From the human T2T-CHM13v2.0 reference genome, Homo sapiens, in NCBI RefSeq assembly GCF_009914755.1, contig NC_060928.1: a DNA stretch of 64,000 nt; one strand, given 5' to 3'. The notes under the pieces were generated by a model that worked only from the letters and a program-made list of their open reading frames with translations, did not search any database and was not told where the DNA came from. The stretch's first letter is position 1. Each line of letters opens with the position of its first letter. Below, in pieces: positions 54,241-64,000 of this stretch. Both the position numbers and the translations under genes were made by a program.

Positions 54241-55029
54241 TTTATTTGGCTACCATGAGTGAAGTGCAAGAATCAAAAGCTAAAGGAAATATTCCATGAT
54301 CACAATAATGACTACAATAAAATTATTCTCTGCAAGACAGCAGTGGCCTGGTGTGATCTGTATTGGATGCTGCAATATGAAAGTAATGCAGTATATTAGC
54401 CAAAGGATCTCAGCAGCATATGCAGCTGTTAATTGACAAAAATAAATTCAGCTGGTACATGAACTCATACCATGAACCATATTTTATATTTCAACAATTT
54501 ATGTGAAACTGAATGCAGCCCACACGGCATAACATAACACTCTCCATTGCCACTTTGTTTGTATCCTAAGTACTTGGATGGTTTTATGCCTCTTGCAGGC
54601 AAACTCATTACTTAAACGGGGGCCAATAAATAAACCCCTCAAAATTATTGAGATGTTCGGTTATTTTTGTATATCTACTAAACAGTCAATCCAGTTCAAC
54701 TCAAATTGAGAGAATTATTTTAAATTTGAGTATAAATTTGGTATTTTTTAAAATAAAAATTTGTAAAATTCAAATGTTCAAAAACTAGTGTTAATGGAAT
54801 AATAATGACTTAAAATGAAATGTATAGTCAGAAAAATCTCTCCATAGAGCATATATTTCATCTGTTAGGCAGACTGGGTTATGCTACAGACATTGTTTCA
54901 AATAGATACTGTTTTTTCCTAGTATACACATTTTGACTCTTGCCTGAGAATCAGAAGGAAGTTTTTATAAAAACAAAAAAAGTATAAATAACATTTTTTT
55001 CTCAAATTTTGTCTCACTTTACTAAATAT

Positions 55030-55210
55030 GTTAACTTGTATTCTATCATTTAGTTCTCACAGAAAAACTAGTAAATAGGCATTTTTGTCTGCATTTTCCA
55101 TAAAAGTAAGTTCAGGTTTACAGCGGTTGAACAACTAGCCCAAAATCACACATTAGAATTGGTATTTGATCCCAGGTATATGCAAATATTCCAATATAAG
55201 TGCTGTTAAC
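55030..55210 (-). mobile_element. MIR fragment
   Basis: 'cattttccataaaagtaagttcagg...actagcccaaaatcacac...atttgatcccagg'. Confidence 0.5.
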
Positions 55211-55312
55211 CAATATTTACCATATTTGTCTCTCAATGAGTATAGGAAACTTTTAAAAAGAAACAAAGGTCTGTTTTTTTTAATTTTCTAAGCATAGACA
55301 ATCATGAAATTT

Positions 55313-55890
55313 GACTAGCAGACAGACTCTAAGGTGACTCCGGCCTCACAGTAAAATACCCGCCTGCTGATATTCACACTCCTGCCTAATCCCTCCCCTT
55401 GAGTGTAGGTGGCACCTGTGTGACTTGTGCCTAATAGTATATGAAAAAGTGATAGGATGCCACTCCTATGATTACATCACATTATATAAATCTTGCTAGT
55501 CGACTGCTTTAGAGCTTCTCCTTGCTGGTTCAATGAAGTAAGCAACTATGTTGAAAAAGTCCACATGGCAAAGAACTGCTGGTGGCCTGTAAGACCTGAG
55601 GGCAGCCTCCAGCTGAAAACTGACAGGCAGAAAAAAGTCAGGGTCCTCAGTCCACAGCTACAGTGAAATGAATTCTGCAACCACCTGATTGAGCTTGAAA
55701 TCTGATGCTTTCCCAGCTAAGCCTCCAGATGAAAATGCAGCTCGGTTGAAACCCTGCAAAAATGAGCAGAGAACCCAGCCAAGTTGTGACTGGAGACTCC
55801 TGACTTACGGACAATAAGAGGTAAGAAATGTGTGTTGTTTTATCCACTAAGTTTATAGAAACTTGTTATGGAGTAGAATAAAACTAATAT
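55313..55890 (+). mobile_element. MLT1E/F-like MaLR solo LTR
   Basis: 'agacagactctaaggtgac...cccttgagtgtagg...ccacatggcaaagaactg...gaattctgcaaccacctg...ccactaagttt...aaactaata'. Confidence 0.8.
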
Positions 55891-56514
55891 TCTGGATGTG
55901 AAACCGGATTGTCAGCAATATTTCAGAAAGTAAAAAAAAATCTTTATTTCATTTCACTTGCATCTGAATCATATCTGTGTGAATTCTCCTCTCTTGAAAT
56001 GTATACTCTAGACCTCTGGGATTACCTTAGCTGTCTTGACCTTGAGACTTGGAGCAAATCCCAAAACGAATAGTGTTCAGAGTGTCATCTTGTAAAGTGT
56101 ACAGATAGAAGTTTTCCTTTCTTCAAGTTAAAGTATTTTTTATTCTGCAAGTGAGAAATCATCTCCTGAGTCATTATTATTCAACATCAAATATGCAATA
56201 TTTGAATTGAGATTTTGCTAACTTGCCAGGAAAAAAAATAACAATGTTCTTTTATTTTTCTTGTTGTCCCTTGATTTTTTTGAGTGCCCTTTATAAAAAG
56301 TCAAGATATACTCAGGGAAAAGGTACTGAATTTCAGAGACTTTGGGGTCATGTTGCTTAATTTCAGAAACTATTAAATGTCAGAGAGCCACCTGAAAGGA
56401 AGGTGAATATGTTTGGTAATGGAATTCTTTTGGTTGCTATTGCATTTTGAATAATGTTTGGGAGAAATTTAGCCAGATGCATTGACAAGCACTGCAGTGT
56501 TTCCAGATATTGTC

Positions 56515-57170
56515 TGTATAGTTTTTATCACTGCCATAACAAATATCACAAACTTAGTACCTTATAACAACATAAAATTATTGCCCAGTTCTAAAGGTTA
56601 AAAATCAGTAGGTTTGGCTGGTTTCTTTGCTCTGGGTCCCACAAGGCCAAAATCAACGTGCCATCAGGGCTTTATTTGTTCTGGAGGTTCTTGGGGAGAA
56701 TCCATTTCCCTGATCACTTAGAATCCAATCTTTTGACAGAGTTCAGTTCCATGGAGTTGTGCTACTGAGGTACTGAGGCTCTCTCCTGTTACTTTGCTGG
56801 ATGTTGAATGAAGGTCATTCTGTTTCTAGAGGCTGACTACATTCCTTGGCTCATTGCCACCTTCCTCCATCTTCAAAGCAAGCAACAATGACTCAAGCCC
56901 TTCTCACATTTCAAATTTCTCTGCCTCATCTATCTCCTCCCTTTCTCTTCTGCTGGATCTCTGACTGTAGGCAGAGAAATTTCTCTGTTTTTAAGGGTTC
57001 ATGTGGTTAGATTGAGCAAACCTGGATAACCCAGGATAACCTCCCCATCTCAAGTACTATAACCTTAATTATGTCTGCAAAATCCCTTTTGCCATATAAC
57101 CATAATACATTCACAGGTTCTGGGAATCAGGAAGTAGGCATTTTAGGGAGTCAGCATTCTGTCTACCATG
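56515..57170 (-). mobile_element. MLT1D/E-like MaLR solo LTR
   Basis: 'ctgccataacaaatatcacaaacttag...aaggccaaaatcaa...ccttaattatgtctgcaaaatcccttttgcc...cattctgtctacca'. Confidence 0.8.
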
Positions 57171-57494
57171 TTACTCTTTAGATAAAGTTATAATTTAGTA
57201 ACAGACAGTTGTATAGAGCCACAAACATTTTTAAGTTAGGGGCGATTAATTGGATCAGCCTAGAATAGGGCACACAATCTTGATTACACATAATGTAAAA
57301 AGTACAAAGCAGAAAAGCAAATAATTTCTTATAGCACGTTCTCTCTTTCCTGTACAAAGACCCATCTGAAAGTTTCTCTATAGTTACAAAAATTTATAAA
57401 GCTTTGACCTTATGCTTTTAATAGCTAGTTGTCTAACAATGACACATTCTTGTATTTTTCTCCCTTTACCCTGAATGTTTAATTCACTGACATT

Positions 57495-59060
57495 TAAAAA
57501 ATCACAGTAATACAAAATTTAAATTTTTAATCATTTTAAGTGTACCATTCAGAGGTATAAAATATATGCACAATGTTGTTTGACCATCACCACTATCTAT
57601 TTCTATAACATTTTTTGTTATCTGAAATAGAAACTATACCCATTGAGCAAAAACTCCCATTTCCCCTCCCCAACCCCACCTTTAGTAACTTCTATTCTAC
57701 TTTCTGTCCCTAAAAATTTTCGTGTTCTACATACCTCATGTAAGTTGAAATACGTAATAGTTTTCCTTTTAGGTCTGGATTATTTCAGTTAGCATGATGT
57801 TTCAAAGTCCATCCATGTTGTAGAATGTATCCGAACCTCATTCCTTTTGATTGTTGAATAACATTCCATTATGTGTATATCAAATTTTGTTTATTCATTC
57901 ATCTGTAGATGGACACTGGGATTGCTCCCACTTTTGGCTATTGTGAATAATGTTGTTATAAACATGGGCACACAAATAACTCTTTGAGATCCTGCTTTCA
58001 AGTCTTTCAGGTATATACTCGAAAGTAGAATTGCTGGGTCATGTGGCAAATTATATTTTTAATACTTTGAGGAGCTGTTTTCCACCGTGGTTACATTATT
58101 CAACATTCTTACCAACAATACACAAGGCTTCCAATTTCTCCACATTCTTCCCGATACTTAAATACTTATTTTCTGCTGAGTTTTTTTGTTTTAGTTTTTT
58201 TTTTTTTTTAATAGTAGGTGTCCTACTCGGTGTGAAGTGGTAGCTCATCATAGTTTTGATTTGCATTTACCTAATGATTAGGATGATTAGTTCTGTGGTC
58301 TGAATGTCTGTGTCCTCCCAGCCCCCAAATTCATATGTTTAAACTTAATCACTAATGTAGCATTATTGAGAGGTGGGCCTTTGGGAGGTGATTAGGTCAT
58401 GAGGCATCTACTGTCATGAATGGGATTAGTCCTCTTATAACAGAGGCCTGAGGAAGCTTGTTCACCCCTTCTGTCATATGAGGACACATAGAAAAGATCA
58501 TCTATGAAGCTGAGAGACCTCATTATATGCTGAATATGGTGGTGTGTTGATCTTGGACTTTGCAGCCTCTAGAACTGTGAGCCATAAATTTCTGTTGTTT
58601 ATAAATTACCCAGTCTAAGGTATTTTGTTATAGCAGCCTGAATGCACTGAGACAATGAATGATTTTGAATATCTTTTTAATGGTTTGTTGGTCATTTGCA
58701 TGTCTTCTTTAAAGAAATGTCTATTCACATCCTTTCCTCATTTTAATTGGGTTGATTTGTTTTTGTTTTGGAAGGGTATGAGTCATTTATTCTCAATATT
58801 AAACCAATATTAGATATATGATTTGCAAAATTTTTCTATCATTCTATGGGTTGTCTTTTTACTCTCTTGATAATAATCTTTGATGCACAAAAATTTTTAA
58901 ATAAGTTCAATTAATCTACTTTTGTTGTTGTTGCCTGTACTTTTGGTATTATATCTGAAAACTCATTACCAAATCCAGGGACATGAAGATTATCCCTCTA
59001 AGTTTTTGTCTGAAAAGTTTATGGTTTTAGCTATTAAATTCAAGTCTTTGATCAATTCTG
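57495..59060 (-). mobile_element. L1MB-like LINE 3' end, interrupted by MLT1A
   Basis: 'aatcattttaagtgtaccattcag...catcaccactatctatttc...aactcccatttcccctcccc' and antisense ORF2 3' motifs. Confidence 0.85.
58291..58654 (+). mobile_element. MLT1A-like MaLR solo LTR
   Basis: 'ggtctgaatgtctgtgtcc...aattcatatgtt...tgggaggtgattaggtcatgagg...aattacccagtctaaggtattttgttatagcagc...gaca'. Confidence 0.85.
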
Positions 59061-59403
59061 AGTTCTCATTGATTCTTAAGCTTATAGTTTATGCTTTCAT
59101 TTTTCAAGCTTTTGATTCAGACAAAAAATATATTGCTCACATTATTATTATTATGTTAATGGTTTGGCAGCAGAAAGGAATTCCTCCTTTTTTAAAAAAG
59201 TGGAAGTCTAATAAATGAATAGTATGGTATTGGGTTTTATCTATTTTAATAAAGGTAGTGGAGAATGAAGGTTATAGATATTTTATAAACTATGGCCATC
59301 CAACTTTTTCTCATTTCATTTCAAAATTCACACACAGAAATCCAAAGAGCTACATGTTTTTCTGCTCTGTAAGAAAGTTGTTAAATTTGTGTATTTATCA
59401 TTG

Positions 59404-60525
59404 TGTAATGAAGAATTAGTCTGGCATCCCCATTTCCTGGGAGGTAACATTTTAACTCTTGGAATTTCTTGAGTGATATGGGTATCTTTGTTATCCATGA
59501 TGGACCCCAGTCACAATTGATGTGTATGCTAATGAGGTGACTCAGGGCAGGCCCTCAGATCGCTTATGCTAATGAGATTACTCAGGATGGAGACTAGTTA
59601 TGTCAGAAAAACCACCCACGTAATTAGAGGATTTTGGGCTTTGAGCCAAGTGACATCAACCCCTCCTCTGGGGAAGGCTTTGAGATTGAGTTTATCCACA
59701 TGGCCAACGTTTCAACAATCATGTGTACCCAATGAAATGTCAACAAAACTTCTGGACACTGAAGCTTGTGTGAACTACCTTGGTTGTCAGTATTCTTTGA
59801 GCATTGTTGTACTTTGATACTGAGAGAGTAAGACATTCCTTTGGACAATGGAGACTTTGTAAATGGAACTCTTGCAAACTCTGTTCTACGCATCTCTTCT
59901 TTTTTCTTGTTATCGTTTGTATCCTGTTGCTATAATAACATTGTAATGATATAAGAAGCATTTTCAGTAAGTTCTGTAAGTCTTTTCCATAAATTGTTGA
60001 ACTTAAGGGTGGTCATGGGAAACCCTGAGGTAGCTGGTCAGAACTGAGAGTGGCTCTAGAATCCCCAAACTTGGAGCTGATAATTGAAGTGAGGGCAGTC
60101 TTGTAGAGAACTGTGCCTGATATAGTTTGGCTGTGTCCCCACCCAAATCTCATTTTGAATTGTAATTCCCACAATGCCCATGTGTCATTGGAGGAACCTG
60201 GTGGGAGGCAATTGAATCATGGAGGCAGGTCTTTCCCATGCTGTTCTGGTGATAGTGAATAAGTCTCATGAGATCTGATGGTTTTAAAAATGGGAGATTC
60301 CCTGCACAAGCTCTCTCTCTCTCTTTACCTGCTGCCACCTATGTAAGATGTGACTTTCTCCTCCTTGCCTTCCAGCATGATTGTGAGGCCTCTCCAGCCA
60401 TGTGGAGCTATAAGTCCCTTAAACCACTGTCTTTTGTAAAGTGCCCAGTCTCAGGTATGTCTTCATCAGCAGTGTGAGAACAGACTAATACAGAGCTTTT
60501 ACCCTCCAGTTTTGACAAATTCCAG
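59404..60525 (+). mobile_element. MER77/MER68-like (MER21-group) LTR, interrupted by THE1B
   Basis: 'tgtaatgaagaattagtctggc...ttcctgggaggtaac...cttggaatttcttgagtgat...tatgctaatgag...gaagtgagggcagtcttg'. Confidence 0.65.
60118..60492 (+). mobile_element. THE1B-like solo LTR
   Basis: 'tgatatagtttggctgtgtccccacccaaatctc...ccctgcacaagctctc...cagactaataca'. Confidence 0.9.
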
Positions 60526-61677
60526 TGCCTATTCAAATACTGTGTGACAAAGGAGATAACTGGTTATCTACATGCTAGAATTGCCCTAGTACTTCCACTC
60601 TCCCACCACAAGCAACTTAAATTCTACCATTAGAATAATACAATGAAAAACCACATATCTCCGGAGAAGTCTTTTAAAATTCAAATGCACCTGTGATTGG
60701 TAATGTATCAAATGTTTTTAATCACCCATACCTAATGCTATTTATTCTATTAGATTAGTAAAAGCAACCTACAATCACATTGTGAAAGAATAGGAGTTTC
60801 AAGAAAAGATAGTAACCTGAGACAATTTTCCAAGTTAGGGTTTCATGAGGAGCCCTGGTGGGCATTATGTACTCTGGAGATGTAGGTGGAAGAATGAGAT
60901 TGTAAAGAGTGGGGGAAAATGCTGTAAGAGTAGAGTGGTAGTGTCCCCAAAGCAAATCACCAGCTTTATCATTTTTCTTCGGGCTAGCAATACATTTTGA
61001 AAGAAAAATCTCCAGTCTCAAAATTCCCATAAGATGAAATGCATATTTGTTTGTTTGTTTGTTTTTGTAAAAAAGCCCTCTTATGTTTATTCTCCTTAAA
61101 ACAGATAACATGAAAATAGCATGGCAGTCCCAAGCCATAAACCAACAGTAAAACACAATGACCTTTATTTGTTGCTATAGATACTTGCTGAATTATAGAC
61201 AAATGAACCGAATAACTGTGAAGCAGACTCATGTGGTCCACTAAAGGGAGTTCTGAGTTGTGAAACTCATGAATTAAATATTCATTGAGCAGTACCCATA
61301 TTTCACCCTTGTACTATATTTTATAGGGTATTCAAAGGAAAAATTAGGATCACACTATTTTCAGGAATCTTATAATTATGTTAGAATTATATATAATTAC
61401 ATTTATAATTTATAATTAATTCTAATAAAGATGGTGAAAAAAGATGAACAAGTACAGAAACATCTTAAAATCACTAGTTCTTTCTGGATAGGTGTTTCAG
61501 GAAAGCTTTTTACATAAGGTTATTTCTGAGAAAGAAACGTAGCAATGTTATAGGAATATCATGACAGGATGCATATTTTGGAGAGACAGAATAAAGTATG
61601 GTATATTTGAAGAAAAGAAGTAGTAGATGCACAGATTAAAAGACAAAGTCGGACAACTATAGAAAATAGCAGGGCAG

Positions 61678-62015
61678 TGTATTAGTCTTTTCTCATGCTG
61701 CTAATAAAGATGTACCTGAGACTGGGTAATTTATAAAGAAAAGAGGTTTAACGGACTCACAGTTCCACATGGTGGGGGAGGCCTCACAATCATGGTGAAA
61801 GATGAAGGAAGAGCAAAGGGACATCTTACATCGTGGCAAGGAAACTGTCATTTATAAAACCATCAGATCTTATAAGACTTATTCACTACCATGAGAACAG
61901 TATGGGAGAAACTACCCCCATGATTCAATTATCTCCACCTGGCCCTGCTCTTGAGACATGGAGATTATTACAATTCAAGGTGAGATTTGGGTGGGGACAT
62001 AGCCAAATCATATCA
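61678..62015 (-). mobile_element. THE1C-like solo LTR
   Basis: 'tgtattagtc...ccacctggccctgctcttgagacatggagattattacaattcaaggtgagatttgg...catatca'. Perfect TSD ggcag at 61673-61677 and 62016-62020. Confidence 0.9.
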
Positions 62016-62396
62016 GGCAGTATCTGGCCATAAGTCAAGAGTTAAACCCATTGACCTTTATAAAGCTATAGAAAAGTTCAATAAAGGAAGCCAAGTAAAG
62101 GGTTAACAGGAACAATAATTGTTAAAAATAGAAAAAGACTGGCTTTAATGTGGAAGACAATTAGATGGGAGTGGAATAGAGGCAAGGAAACAAGTTAGAA
62201 GTTTATTGCAATAATTTGCTAAATGATGAGTCCATAATTGATTTTATGGAAGCAGGCCAACGGCAGTGAAGAAAAGGGTAGAAATTGAAAATAATACAAG
62301 GATTTTATTTCTCAGTGATAAGGTGATGGTATCAACCATAAAACATGTGCACCCACACACACACCAAAAGGTGACTAAGTTGTTGTTGGAGGTGGT

Positions 62397-62745
62397 GGCT
62401 ACAGATTGAAAGTTTTCTTTCCCTAAAAATGTATGTGTTGGAATCCTAGCCCTCAAGGTGATGGTATTAGGTGGTGGGACTTTTAGAAGGTGATTGGGTC
62501 ATGACAGTGGAGTCCTCATGAATGGCATTAGTGCCATCATAAAAAGTGCCTGAGAAAGCTCCCTTCCTTCCGCAAGGACACAGTAAGAAGTCTCCATCTA
62601 TGAACCAGGAAATGGGCCCTCACCAGACAGTAGATCTGACAGTGCCTTGTTCTTGGACAGCCCAGCCTCAAGAAGTGTGAGAAATAAAAGTCTGTTGTTT
62701 AAAAGCATCATAGCTTATATTTTGCTACAGCAGTCCAAATGGACA
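62397..62745 (+). mobile_element. MLT1A0-like MaLR solo LTR
   Basis: 'ggtgatggtattaggtggtggg...tcctcatgaatggcattagtgcc...ctatgaaccaggaaatgggccctcaccagac...gagaaataaa'. Confidence 0.85.
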
Positions 62746-64000
62746 TGTAAAAGTGGTCTTATAATTAGTTCAGTTTTATCATGTGGTATTTTAGGTATCT
62801 GGAAAATTCAAGTGTGCATCTTCATAAAGTAGATAGAGAGATAAGCATAAAACTCAGAAACAAGAAAAACTACATTGTGACTTATTTATTAATAGTTGAG
62901 GGTCAATATTATGTTGATTCTAGTTGAAGCCTAGGAGTAGATGAAATCACCCTGAGAAAATAGATTAGATAAATGGAAGATGAAGAAGAAAATCAATCCA
63001 TAATCCTGAAAAACAGTAACTCCAAATGAGAAGGAATAGACAGACAATCCTGCAAAGAAGATTGACATAAAGAACAAGCTAAAAAGTAGAAGGAAAATAA
63101 GGAGAAAGTGGGGTGTCAGGCAAAGGAAAAGCTTTTCCCAAAGTGGCAGCTAACAATGTCAATTACCACATGAAAGTCACATAAAAAACACTGAAAACTG
63201 TAAATTGCATTTAAGAATTAAAGGTTATGGGTAGCTTGTGTCATAGGGTTAAAGCTTGACCCCTATGACTTGAAGAAGAAGTAAATGGAGACAGCACAGT
63301 CCAGCTTGGCTGAAAAGACCAGAAGTTGTTGAAAAGCATACAGTGAGAGGCTTGAACCTGTGTGCAGATTACAGAAAAAGGCACTCTTGCATATGTGAAG
63401 GACAGAGTAATGGATACAGAAAACCACTAATGGAAAAGAGTTGAGATGGATTCAAGAGTTTAGGGGGAGGGTGAAGCCTCACAGTTAATGTGAATACATG
63501 ATGTGCTGAATATGTGAAAGAAAGATTACTCTGGGCTGGAGGAATCTGAGAGAAATTCCTGGAGGTCTCGAGGCTTGTGCAGGAGCTTAAATGCAGACCA
63601 AAGTTAATGAGAAAGAAGGTGCAAGAGCATTCCAGGCAAACAATGCAAGGATGGTCACACAAATTACTCATCAATTTCAGAGAAGCTTCATGGTGTGAGG
63701 ATCTAAAAGTAAAATCTGAAACTTGAGAAATTTTTTTTTCCAGAATGTATCCCATAAATTAAACTACAAGAGTTTTGTAGCTAATCGAATGGACTGAGAG
63801 ATATTGCCATGTTTTCCTTAATTTACTATTGTATCTTTATTTTATTATTGTATAAACAAGGGAAGATTATGTGCCACAAAATATAGTACTTAAACTCATT
63901 ACATGGAACTAGGATACTTACATTTATTTCCTTTCCTTTTATTTTTAAATTGTAGGATAATTGTGTTTATTTTTAATTATCATAAAAGTGTACTCATATA

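Larger units (their letters stand above)
61270..63750 (-). mobile_element. Degenerate L2 fragments, interrupted by THE1C and MLT1A
   Basis: Purine-rich antisense L2 motifs 'gaggcaaggaaacaagttagaagtttattgcaataat', 'gtagatgaaatcaccctgag' and 'gagcattccaggca'. Confidence 0.5.

Overview
AT-rich, repeat-dominated primate genomic DNA (human or ape-like: it carries AluY, AluS, L1PA and THE1 elements). It looks intergenic or deep-intronic, and I found no supportable cellular protein-coding gene, tRNA, rRNA or CRISPR array. The ORFs in the track are fragments of decayed L1 ORF1/ORF2, Alu or LTR sequence, or chance ORFs. Main contents: a full-length but inactivated ~6.3 kb L1PA (25632-31901, +); two 5'-truncated L1PA7/L1PA8 copies (-); a complete THE1A MaLR provirus (44782-47084, -); about 20 solo LTRs (MER21, MER34/MER39, MST, MLT1, MLT2, MER74-like, MER77-like, THE1, LTR22); five dimeric Alus and two FLAM-type monomers; two Tigger elements; old L1M, L2 and MIR fragments; and STRs. 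The most unusual items seen directly in the sequence are: (1) an Alu with its left monomer inverted, in twin-priming geometry, forming a self-complementary hairpin; (2) a 21-bp insert in an L1 that copies unique DNA ~1 kb away and then folds back on itself, plus several other template-switch scars; (3) two candidate minus-strand exons in a TE-poor island; (4) a near-perfect 50-bp palindrome; (5) an HML-5 LTR22 nested in L1PA7. I see no evidence of a novel multi-gene system. Subfamily names come from my recall of Repbase/Dfam consensi rather than a database run, and the boundaries of old elements are approximate.
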